Notes under the pieces: generated by a model
What the model was told of the DNA's origin: nothing
What the model saw: the letters and a program-made list of their open reading frames with translations, nothing else
Database searches by the model: none
Program-made: the position numbers and the translations under genes
Assembly: GCA_963829525.1 (NCBI GenBank)
Contig: CAWHIJ010000003.1
Location: forward strand, 896,001 to 960,000
From: an uncultured Actinomycetota bacterium
Lineage (GTDB): Bacteria > Actinomycetota > Actinomycetes > JAHEKZ01
Direction: 5' to 3'
Length of the DNA: 64,000 nt
Part shown: positions 29,381 to 37,907 of the stretch, piece by piece
Position numbering within the stretch: the first letter of the stretch is position 1
Layout: each line of letters begins with the position of its first letter

Positions 29381-30580
29381 ATGGGCCGTCTCGCCCAGAC
29401 CGAAGGTCTCACCGACGTCCAGCAGGAGATCCTCGCCGCCGTCCGAGAGTTCGTCGACAACGAGATCATTCCCGTCGCCAACGAGCTCGAGCACGCCGAC
29501 GAGTACCCCACCAAGATCGTCGAGCAGATGCAGGAGATGGGGATCTTCGGGCTGATGATCCCCGAGGAGTACGGCGGTATCGGTGAGTCGCTGCTGACGT
29601 ACGCGCTGGTCGTCGAGGAGATCGCGCGAGGCTGGATGAGCGTCAGCGGCATCATCAACACCCACTTCATCGTCGCCTACATGCTGCTGCAGCACGGAAC
29701 CGACGAGCAGAAGCAGAAGTACCTACCACGGATGGCCACCGGTGAGGTGCGCGGTGCGTTCTCGATGTCAGAGCCGGGCTGCGGGTCGGACGTCGCGGCC
29801 ATCACCTCGCGCGCAACTCGTCGCGACGACGGCTCATTTGTTCTCAACGGCCAGAAGATGTGGCTGACAAACGGCGGCTCGTCCACCCTTGTTGCGGTCC
29901 TGATGAAGACCGACGAGGGCGACGACAGCGTCTACCGCAACATGACGACGTTCCTCATCGAGAAGGAGTCAGGCTTTGGCGAGGTCCGGCCAGGGCTGAC
30001 GATTCCTGGCAAGATCGACAAGATGGGCTACAAGGGCGTCGACACCACCGAGCTGGTCATGGACGGCCTTGAGCTGACGGCTGACGACGTCCTGGGTGGT
30101 GAGACCGGTCGCGGCTTCTATCAGATGATGGACGGCGTCGAGGTCGGGCGCGTCAACGTCGCTGCCCGGGCCTGCGGCCTGGCACAGCGGGCCTTCGAGC
30201 TCGGCATCGACTACGCCCAGCAGCGTGAGACTTTCGGCAAGCAGATCGCACAGCACCAGGCAGTGATGTTCCGGCTCGCCGATATGGCCACGAAGGTCGA
30301 GTCGGCTCATCAGATGATGATCATGGCTGCGCGCAAGAAGGACTCGGGCGAGCGAAACGATCTCGAGGCCGGCATGGCCAAGTACCTCGCCAGCGAGCTC
30401 TGCCGCGACGTTGTCGAGGACTCGTTTCGGATCCATGGTGGCTACGGGTACTCCAAGGAGTACGAGATCGAGCGCCTTTACCGAGAGGCGCCGATGCTGC
30501 TGATCGGTGAGGGCACGGCTGACATCCAGCGGATGATCATCGGTCGGCGACTCCTCGAGGACTACAAGCGGCGTGTCTAG
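29381..30580 (+). CDS. Acyl-CoA dehydrogenase (methylsuccinyl-CoA dehydrogenase-like)
   Basis: FSMSEPGCGSD, NGQKMWLTNG, RETFGKQIA, HGGYGYSKEY; SD aaggag. Confidence 0.93.
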   Translation: MGRLAQTEGLTDVQQEILAAVREFVDNEIIPVANELEHADEYPTKIVEQMQEMGIFGLMIPEEYGGIGESLLTYALVVEEIARGWMSVSGIINTHFIVAYMLLQHGTDEQKQKYLPRMATGEVRGAFSMSEPGCGSDVAAITSRATRRDDGSFVLNGQKMWLTNGGSSTLVAVLMKTDEGDDSVYRNMTTFLIEKESGFGEVRPGLTIPGKIDKMGYKGVDTTELVMDGLELTADDVLGGETGRGFYQMMDGVEVGRVNVAARACGLAQRAFELGIDYAQQRETFGKQIAQHQAVMFRLADMATKVESAHQMMIMAARKKDSGERNDLEAGMAKYLASELCRDVVEDSFRIHGGYGYSKEYEIERLYREAPMLLIGEGTADIQRMIIGRRLLEDYKRRV

Positions 30581-30592
30581 GGCAGGAGAGCT

Positions 30593-31057
30593 ATGACTGA
30601 GATTGAGCGGATCGTCGTCCGAGAGTGCGCTTCTTACGAGGAAGCGCAGCGTGCTGTCGACTTCCTGTCCGACACAGAGGTTGAGGTGTCGGGTATCCAG
30701 ATCGTCGGCACCGGCCTTCGCCTGGTCGAGACGGTCACCGGTCGGATGTCGTATGGCCGTGCAGCTGGGGCGGGGATGATCAGCGGAGCCTGGTTCGGCC
30801 TTCTCGTCGGCATGTTGTTGGGACTCTTCGCCAACCCCGATCAAGACCCGAGCTGGACGACCCTGTTGCTGCTCGGTGTCCTTTGGGGTGCGATGTTCGG
30901 CATCGTCTACGGCTTGATCGTGCACGCCGCTACCCGCGGGCGCCGTGACTTCAGCTCCCGCAGCAAGATGGAAGCAACCCAGTACGAGGTGACGTGCCCG
31001 GCGCCTGTCGCTGGCAAGGTGCGTCAGACCCTGGCCGAGATGCCGACCGTCCCCTGA
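30593..31057 (+). CDS. General stress protein (YflT/17M-like) membrane protein
   Basis: SYEEAQRAVDFLSD, two Gly-rich TM segments, RRDFSS. Confidence 0.8.
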   Translation: MTEIERIVVRECASYEEAQRAVDFLSDTEVEVSGIQIVGTGLRLVETVTGRMSYGRAAGAGMISGAWFGLLVGMLLGLFANPDQDPSWTTLLLLGVLWGAMFGIVYGLIVHAATRGRRDFSSRSKMEATQYEVTCPAPVAGKVRQTLAEMPTVP

Positions 31058-31090
31058 TCAGCATCGCTGTCGGACCACACAAGGAGTGAC

Positions 31091-31597
31091 ATGCAGTTCG
31101 GTCGTTACTACGAGGAGTTCGAGGTCGGCGCGGTCTACAAGCACTGGCCAGGCAAGACGGTCACCGAGTACGACGACCATCTCTTCTGCCTGCTCACCAT
31201 GAACCACCACCCACTGCACATGGACGCGAACTACGCCGAGAACACCACCGACTTCGGCAAGAACGTGGTGGTCGGCAACTACATCTACTCCTTGCTGCTG
31301 GGCATGTCGGTATCCGACGTCAGTGGCAAGGCCATCGCCAACCTTGAAGTCGAGTCACTGCGGCACGTCGCGCCGACCTTCCACGGCGACACGATCTACG
31401 GCGAGACCCGGGTACTGGACAAGGTGGAGTCGAAGTCCAAGGACGACCGTGGAATCGTCCACGTCGAGACGATCGGCTACAACCAGGACGGCACCATCGT
31501 GTGCATCTTCCGTCGCAAGGTAATGGTGCCGAAGCGGTCCTACGGCGACGCCCGCGGTGGAGAGCAGCCAGGACGCCCCGAGCCGACACCCCGCTGA
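31091..31597 (+). CDS. MaoC family dehydratase (mesaconyl-CoA hydratase-like)
   Basis: GRYYEEFEVG, TMNHHPLH, PTFHGDTIY. Confidence 0.92.
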   Translation: MQFGRYYEEFEVGAVYKHWPGKTVTEYDDHLFCLLTMNHHPLHMDANYAENTTDFGKNVVVGNYIYSLLLGMSVSDVSGKAIANLEVESLRHVAPTFHGDTIYGETRVLDKVESKSKDDRGIVHVETIGYNQDGTIVCIFRRKVMVPKRSYGDARGGEQPGRPEPTPR

Positions 31598-31649
31598 AGG
31601 CGTGCGGCACGGTCACCGGCCGGGTTCGGAACACCATGACCCACTGATC

Positions 31650-31666
31650 GTTCCGAGCAGTGGAAC
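31650..31666. promoter_or_regulatory. GTTCC-N7-GGAAC palindrome, candidate (IclR-like) operator of the corrinoid operon
   Basis: gttccgagcagtggaac immediately upstream of the -10-like TAGCCT (31669-31674). Confidence 0.45.
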
Positions 31667-31804
31667 ACTAGCCTTGACCTCGTAAGGTCGCTGGACAACG
31701 GGTGCACCGTCTTGGACTCTTGCACAGGCGCCAGTATCGCTTCGTGCTGTCGCACCGCCGCACTCGACAGACAACACGCCTGGCACGCATGGAGGACAAA
31801 CAGC

Positions 31805-32470
31805 ATGACGCCTGAGGAGATTTTGAAGGGCTTGTTTGATGAGACGTTGGTGGGCAATGCTCCTGCGGTGTTGGAGCTGACGAATGCCGGTCTTGGGATG
31901 GGGATGGGTCCGGAGACGTTGTTGTTCGAGGCGTTGATTCCGTCGTTGGAGGAGGTGGGGGCCCGGTTTGAGCGGGGTGACTTCTTCGTTCCGGAGATGT
32001 TGATCGCTGGTCGGGCGATGTCGGGGGCGTTGGAGGTGTTGCGGCCGTTGTTGGCTGCTACTGGTGCTGAGACGGTGGGCAAGTTCTTGATGGGCACGGT
32101 CAAGGGTGATGTGCATGACATTGGGAAGAACTTGGTCAACATCATGTTGGAGGGTGCTGGGTTTGAGGTGATTGATCTGGGGGTGCAGGTGGCTCCGGAG
32201 AAGTTCGTTGCCGCGATCGAGGAGCACAACCCCGACATTGTCGGGTTCAGTGCGTTCTTGACCACGACGATGCCGATGTTCAAGGCGAACATCAACGCGT
32301 TGGAGAAGGCTGGGTTGCGGGACAAGGTGATCGTGATGGTGGGGGGTGCCCCGGTGACCCAGGAGTACGCCGACGCCGTCGGTGCTGACGGGTACGCCGC
32401 TGACGCCTCCACCGCCGTCCGCCGCGCCAAAGAACTCCTCCAAAAGCGGCGCAGCATGGTCAACGCCTGA
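31805..32470 (+). CDS. Corrinoid (B12-binding) methyl-acceptor protein, MtbC/MttC-like
   Basis: Cap domain FFVPEMLIA; GTVKGDVHDIGKNLV (DxHxxG), SAFLTTT, VGGAPV; SD ggagg. Confidence 0.95.
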   Translation: MTPEEILKGLFDETLVGNAPAVLELTNAGLGMGMGPETLLFEALIPSLEEVGARFERGDFFVPEMLIAGRAMSGALEVLRPLLAATGAETVGKFLMGTVKGDVHDIGKNLVNIMLEGAGFEVIDLGVQVAPEKFVAAIEEHNPDIVGFSAFLTTTMPMFKANINALEKAGLRDKVIVMVGGAPVTQEYADAVGADGYAADASTAVRRAKELLQKRRSMVNA

Positions 32471-33387
32471 TGACGCTGCAGTCACTGCTGGAGTCTGGAA
32501 CGCGACCGGTCATTACCGCTGAGCTTCCATCGGTGGATGGCCAGGGGCTGGAGAAGGTACACCAACACCTTGAGTCAATCGCGCCATACGTCGACGCCAT
32601 CAACGCCACCGACAATCCGGCGGCTCATGCCCACGCATCAAACGTGTCGATCGCCATCGCCATGCAGCAGGCCGGGGTCGAGCCCATCATGCAGGTGGTC
32701 TGCCGCGACAAGAACCGCATCGCGATCCAAGCCGACATCGTCGGCGCCTCGATGTTCGGTGTCCGCAACATCTGTGCGCTGACCGGCGACGACGTCACGG
32801 CAGGCGACGAGCCTGAGGCCAGGAGGGTCTTCGACCTGGACGGGCCGCAGGTCATCAGTGTCGCGACCGGTCTGTCCCAAGGCCACTACGTGTCAGGTCG
32901 CAAGATCGAACCGGCGCCGGACCTCTTCGTTGGTGCGGTTGAGAACCCTTTCGCGCCGCCGATTCCGTACCGGATCGAGCGGGCCAAGATCAAGAGCGAC
33001 GCCGGTGCCCGGTTCCTCCAGCTGCAGATCGGCTACCAGCCCGAGCGCCTCGAGGCATTCGTCGCCGGCTGTGTCGAGAACGGCGTCACACAGAAGACGG
33101 GCCTGCTTCCGACGCTCGTGCTCGTCAAGCGCGCTGGTGCACTGCGATTCATGGATCGCGAGGTGCCTGGGATCAGCGTTCCCGCTGAGGTGATCGATCG
33201 CGTCGCCAACGCCGAAGATGAGGCTGAGGAGGCCTATCAGCACACGCTCGAGCAGGCGCGGCATGCGCTCTCCTTGCCGGGTGTCGCCGGGCTCCACCTC
33301 ACTGACTTCCGGCACGACGGCAGCCTCGGCCGGCTCGTAGCCGAGCTAGGTGTGCGCGACAGCGCTGCCCAGCAGGACCCCTCGTGA
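32470..33387 (+). CDS. metF: Methylenetetrahydrofolate reductase family protein
   Basis: TAEL, INATDNP, CRDKNRIAIQAD, LTGD, GAVENP. Confidence 0.85.
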   Translation: MTLQSLLESGTRPVITAELPSVDGQGLEKVHQHLESIAPYVDAINATDNPAAHAHASNVSIAIAMQQAGVEPIMQVVCRDKNRIAIQADIVGASMFGVRNICALTGDDVTAGDEPEARRVFDLDGPQVISVATGLSQGHYVSGRKIEPAPDLFVGAVENPFAPPIPYRIERAKIKSDAGARFLQLQIGYQPERLEAFVAGCVENGVTQKTGLLPTLVLVKRAGALRFMDREVPGISVPAEVIDRVANAEDEAEEAYQHTLEQARHALSLPGVAGLHLTDFRHDGSLGRLVAELGVRDSAAQQDPS

Positions 33388-35231
33388 CCGACGAGCAGGG
33401 CGCCCCGGAGCGGGTGCGTATCCGCTTCACCCCTTCTGACAAGGAGGTCCGAGTTCCGACCGGCGTACCAGTCTTTGACGCCGCCAGCTGGAACGGCATC
33501 GCCATTGACTCGACCTGCGGCGGGCATGGCACGTGCAAGAAGTGCAAGGTGCAGATCCTCGAGGGCAACATCCCGGTACAGAGCCTGGACCGACGCGCGT
33601 TCTCGCAGGATCAGCTCGACGAGGGCTGGCGTCTGGCGTGCGTGGCAAGGGCCGCCGGCGACCTGTTGGTTGACGTGCCACCGATGACGACGCGACCCAA
33701 GGCAGCGACCTTCGGGGTCGGCCGACAGGTGATTCTCCGCCCGGCAGTGCAGAAGCGCTTCGTCGAGCTCAGCGAGCCTTCGCTGCACGATCAGCGCACC
33801 GACTCGCAACGGGTCTTCGATGAGCTGGACGACCTCGAGCTCACCGTCGACCTCGAGGTCTACCGCACCCTCGGGAAGACGCTTCGGGAGTCTGACTACA
33901 AGGTGACGGCCGTCGTGGTCGACGACCGGCTGATTGCGGTTGAGCCTGGTGACACCACGTCGCGCTCTTTTGGGCTCGCCTTTGACCTGGGTACCACGAC
34001 GGTCGTGGCCAACCTGATGGACATCACCACGGGTACGCCAGCTGCCGTGACCTCGATGCTCAACAAGCAGCAACCTTATGGCGCAGACGTCATTGCCCGG
34101 ATCAGCGCGACGATGCTCGACGCCGATGCGCTCGGCCACCTTCAGCAGCTGGCCCACGAGACGCTCGACACGCTGTCCAAGGAGGCGTGCGCTGAGGCTG
34201 GCGTGGAAGCGAGCGAGATCTACGAGGTGGCGCTTGCCGGCAACGCGACGATGGTGCAGCTGGCGCTGGGTGTGGATCCGGAGCCACTCGGCGTCGCACC
34301 CTTCATCCTGGCCGCACGGCAGTTCGAGAACGTGATGGCGTCCGACCTGGGCTTGACGACCCACCCTCGGGCGCGAGCGACCGTGGTTCCGTCCCTCGGT
34401 GCCTACGTTGGCGGCGACATCATTGCGGGAGCGCTGGCCTCCGGCATGGACCGCGACAAGCGGCTCCGCCTCTTCATCGACATCGGCACCAACTGCGAGA
34501 TCGTGATCGCGGACGGCGAGCGCATTATGGCGACGGCGGCTCCCGCGGGCCCGGCGTTCGAGGCGGCGTCGATACGGTGCGGAATGCGCGCGGCCCCTGG
34601 AGCGATCGAGGTGGTCAAGGTCACCGACGACGCTCTTGAGCTCCAAGTGATCGGCGACGAACCAGCAGTCGGCGTCTGCGGCTCCGGGCTGGTGGACGCG
34701 GTGGCCGAGCTGGTTCGCGTCGGCGTCATCGACCCCTCCGGTCGGTTCGTCGACCGCGACACGGTGAGCGAGACACATCCGCACCTGGCCGAGCGGATGA
34801 CGCTGATCGGTGAAGAGAAGGTGTTCGTGCTTGCCGAGCCGGCGAGCCCCGACGGCGACCCGGTCGTCCTCAGCCAGCGAGACGTCCGCGAGCTGCAGTT
34901 CGCCAAGGCTGCCATCGCCACTGGATGGCACCTGCTCTTCGAGGACTTCGGTATCAAAGAGACCGATATCCAGCAGGTGCTGTTGGCCGGGTCGTTTGGC
35001 ACGTACCTGTCTGCGGCCAGCGCGGTCCGTATCGGCCTTGTCCCCAAGATCCCGGTTCTGCGCATTGTCAGTGCCGGCAATGTCGCGGGGGAGGGAGCCA
35101 AGATGGTCCTGCTCTCTGCTGCCGAACGCCACGGTGTGACGACCCTGCTGAGCGAGATTGAGTACGTCGAGCTCTCCGACCGCACCGACTTCCAGGATCG
35201 CTTCGTCGACCAGCTGGCCTTCCCGACGTGA
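33384..35231 (+). CDS. Reductive activator of corrinoid enzymes (RACE; 2Fe-2S plus ASKHA/DUF4445)
   Basis: CGGHGTCKKC...RLAC; FDLGTTT, YGADVIARI, DIGTNCE, GPAFEA, GVCGSG, LAGSFG. Confidence 0.93.
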   Translation: MTDEQGAPERVRIRFTPSDKEVRVPTGVPVFDAASWNGIAIDSTCGGHGTCKKCKVQILEGNIPVQSLDRRAFSQDQLDEGWRLACVARAAGDLLVDVPPMTTRPKAATFGVGRQVILRPAVQKRFVELSEPSLHDQRTDSQRVFDELDDLELTVDLEVYRTLGKTLRESDYKVTAVVVDDRLIAVEPGDTTSRSFGLAFDLGTTTVVANLMDITTGTPAAVTSMLNKQQPYGADVIARISATMLDADALGHLQQLAHETLDTLSKEACAEAGVEASEIYEVALAGNATMVQLALGVDPEPLGVAPFILAARQFENVMASDLGLTTHPRARATVVPSLGAYVGGDIIAGALASGMDRDKRLRLFIDIGTNCEIVIADGERIMATAAPAGPAFEAASIRCGMRAAPGAIEVVKVTDDALELQVIGDEPAVGVCGSGLVDAVAELVRVGVIDPSGRFVDRDTVSETHPHLAERMTLIGEEKVFVLAEPASPDGDPVVLSQRDVRELQFAKAAIATGWHLLFEDFGIKETDIQQVLLAGSFGTYLSAASAVRIGLVPKIPVLRIVSAGNVAGEGAKMVLLSAAERHGVTTLLSEIEYVELSDRTDFQDRFVDQLAFPT

Positions 35232-35851
35232 GGACCCCCGGTGCCACGATCGGGGTCATCGCGTGCGGGGCGCTCGCGACCGACATCGGTGAAATCGCGG
35301 CCCGGCGGCAGTGGGCGGTTGACGTGCACCCGCTCCCACCACTGCTGCACAACCAACCCAAACGGATCGCCCCGGAGGTCGAGCGGTCGTTTGCCGACGT
35401 CAGGGAGCGCTACGAGCGGGTCGTGGTTGCGTACGCCGACTGCGGAACGTACGGCGCACTGGACGAAGTCTGCGAGCGGTACGGCATCCCTCGGCTTGCG
35501 GGATCTGACTGCTACGACGTCTACGCCGGGGCAGAGCAGTACCGTGAGCTGCTCGAGCAGGAGCCGGGTACCTACCTGCTCACCGACTACCTGGCTGCCT
35601 CCTTTCAGCGCAGCGTCATCGTCGAGCTGGGGCTCGACAGATACCCCGACCTGCGCGACGACTACTTCCGGCACTACACGCGGGTGGTGTGGCTGACGCA
35701 GCGACGGACCCCGCTCTTGCAGAACGCTGCCGAGCAGGCGGCGACGTCCATCGGTTTGCCGCTTGAGGTCATCGACGTGGGCCTCATGGGTCTGGAGGCA
35801 GCCCTTGAACCGTTGGTGGCCAGTGCCGTCAGCCGTCAGACGCTCGAGTAG
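35228..35851 (+). CDS. DUF1638 domain protein
   Basis: IACGALA, LHNQP, YADCGTYG, CYDVYAG, YLLTDYL, YFRHYTRVV. Confidence 0.88.
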   Translation: MRTPGATIGVIACGALATDIGEIAARRQWAVDVHPLPPLLHNQPKRIAPEVERSFADVRERYERVVVAYADCGTYGALDEVCERYGIPRLAGSDCYDVYAGAEQYRELLEQEPGTYLLTDYLAASFQRSVIVELGLDRYPDLRDDYFRHYTRVVWLTQRRTPLLQNAAEQAATSIGLPLEVIDVGLMGLEAALEPLVASAVSRQTLE

Positions 35852-36690
35852 AGCGCGGAGACCGCGTCAGCTACAGCTTCCGGTGCGTCGACAGCTGGGG
35901 AGTGACCAACGTCCGGCAGCTCAACCAACCTCGCTCCGAGTCGTTCGGCCATTGCCCGCTGATCCTTCGGTGGCCATGCATCGTCTCTGTCGCCGACGAT
36001 GACGGCCGTGGGTGGTGCGACCGTCGCCAAGGCGTCCACCTGGTCGGTGATCTCGCACAGTGTCTCGATCATCGCTTGTAGAGATCCAGGCGAGTTTGAG
36101 AGGAACCGGCGTGTCAGGAAGGCCTCCATGTCAGGTGGCGGCGCAGCGGCACCTGCCGCCGCGTCCATCGCTCGCTTGCCCTGTAGTACAGCCTCGAGTC
36201 CATGGCCGTTCAGCACGTCTACGAACATGCGTAGCACGGCTTGCTGATTGCCAGGGAGCGCTGCCGGACCAGAGGCGATGATGGCCAAGCCATCGGCGGC
36301 GAGCGGGTCGGCCAGGATCGCATCCCGGACGACCAGACCGCCGAACGAGTGTCCGACCAGGACCAACGGCCGAGGCAGCGTTGCTGCCACCGCCCAGACA
36401 TCGGCGGCGAACCCGGCCAGCGAGTAGCTCGCTGCGTCTTCGGGGCCGGGAGTCTCATGCTGTCCGGTGAGATCGAAGGCCACGGCCCGCACCCGGCGCT
36501 CGGCCAGGGGCAGCAGCAGCGCGATGAAGTCCTCCTTGCTGCCGGTGAACCCGGGTACGAGCACGGCCGTCCCGATGGCCCCCTCCGTGAGGGCTGCTTC
36601 GTTGTCCAAGGCTGCGAAGGTTCCTCGTCCCGTGGCGATGGGGGAGGCGTCCACGCCGATAGGGAGCGCGATGAAGGGTGGGATGCTCAC
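35836..36690 (-). CDS. Alpha/beta hydrolase
   Basis: PGFTGSKEDF, GHSFGG, GHSP; GTG at 36690. Confidence 0.88.
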   Translation of the reverse strand: MSIPPFIALPIGVDASPIATGRGTFAALDNEAALTEGAIGTAVLVPGFTGSKEDFIALLLPLAERRVRAVAFDLTGQHETPGPEDAASYSLAGFAADVWAVAATLPRPLVLVGHSFGGLVVRDAILADPLAADGLAIIASGPAALPGNQQAVLRMFVDVLNGHGLEAVLQGKRAMDAAAGAAAPPPDMEAFLTRRFLSNSPGSLQAMIETLCEITDQVDALATVAPPTAVIVGDRDDAWPPKDQRAMAERLGARLVELPDVGHSPAVDAPEAVADAVSALYSSV

Positions 36691-36759
36691 GCCCGGCACA
36701 ATAGGCTGCCTGTAGACGGGTCGATCACCGACCCAAGCCTGCGCCGCGAAGGAGCCCCC

Positions 36760-37527
36760 GTGACACGGACGATCGCGGTGGCCAACCAAAAAGGTGGAGT
36801 CGCCAAGACCACCACCGTCGCGTCCGTTGGGATGGCACTCGCCGAGCTCGGGCAGCGGGTTCTTGTGGTCGATCTCGACCCTCAGGCCTGCCTGACCTTC
36901 TCGCTTGGGCTCGATCCAGAAGCCCTTGAGCTCTCGATTCACGATGTCTTCCTGGGCAGGGTCGGCGCGGCCATGGCGGTTCGTTCGGTCACCAAGAACC
37001 TCGATGTGCTGCCGAGCACGATCGACCTGACCGGTACCGAGATCGCGCTGCACGACCGCCCCGCGCGCGAGTACGTGCTTCGTACTGCGCTGGCTGACAT
37101 TTCCAGTGGCTATGACTTCGTGCTGATCGACTGCTCTCCATCACTCGGGGTGCTGACCATCAACGCGTTGACCGCGGCGGATGAGGTGCTGATCCCCCTG
37201 CAGTGCGAGACGCTCGCGCACCGCGGTGTCGGGCAGCTGCTTGACACGGTTGGCGACGTTCGGCGTCTGACCAACAGCGACCTTGTCGTGCTCGGTGTTC
37301 TGCCCACCCTCTTCGACGGACGCACCACGCACGCCCGCGCAGTTCTCGCTGATGTCTCAGATCGCTTCGGTGTCACCGTGCTCGACCCACCCATCAACAG
37401 ATCGATCCGCTTTGCAGAGGCGCCTGCGTCCGGGGAGTCGATCCTCACCACAGCGTCATCGAACCCGGGGGCTCAGGCTTATCGCGCGCATGCTCTCCAA
37501 CTGATGGGCGAAGAGGCCGCCGCATGA
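36760..37527 (+). CDS. ParA family ATPase (orphan)
   Basis: NQKGGVAKTTT, DLDPQ, IDCSPSLG; SD aaggag. Confidence 0.93.
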   Translation: MTRTIAVANQKGGVAKTTTVASVGMALAELGQRVLVVDLDPQACLTFSLGLDPEALELSIHDVFLGRVGAAMAVRSVTKNLDVLPSTIDLTGTEIALHDRPAREYVLRTALADISSGYDFVLIDCSPSLGVLTINALTAADEVLIPLQCETLAHRGVGQLLDTVGDVRRLTNSDLVVLGVLPTLFDGRTTHARAVLADVSDRFGVTVLDPPINRSIRFAEAPASGESILTTASSNPGAQAYRAHALQLMGEEAAA

Positions 37528-37853
37528 GCAAGTCCAAGGGCACCGACTTCAGCCGTATTCACCCGGCGCAGGCGCCCTCGAAGAGATCGGAGGTGTCGGC
37601 GCAGCACGACCAAGAGGGACGTCGCGCGCTCTTCAGCGCTGGCGATGCGCTGCCTGAGGAGGCCGCGAACGGCATGGTGACGATCAGCTGCGGGCACTGC
37701 GGTGAGGACTCCGAGTTGTCACCGACCGAGGCGCTGCGCCTGGCGGTGCCTTCCTTGCACCTGCCGTTCCTCAAGCGCGGGCACGGATCGTGGATGCGCT
37801 GTCCGGCTTGCCAGCGGCAAACCTGGGTAAGCGTGCAAATCCACTTGCCTTGA
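37524..37853 (+). CDS. Hypothetical zinc-ribbon protein
   Basis: CGHC and CPAC pairs; ATGA overlap with parA. Confidence 0.75.
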   Translation: MSKSKGTDFSRIHPAQAPSKRSEVSAQHDQEGRRALFSAGDALPEEAANGMVTISCGHCGEDSELSPTEALRLAVPSLHLPFLKRGHGSWMRCPACQRQTWVSVQIHLP

Positions 37854-37907
37854 TGCATCCCACCACTGGCAACTTGAGACTTGAGTCAAGGTATGGCCCC
37901 AGTGAAG

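Noticed and set aside
31680-31804. Cobalamin or SAM riboswitch before the corrinoid gene
   Set aside because: No B12 box or SAM-I/IV consensus could be found by eye; kept only as an unknown leader
33237-35674. Long antisense ORFs (631 and 423 aa) and similar shadow ORFs across the window
   Set aside because: Expected in high-GC DNA opposite real genes; no recognisable motifs
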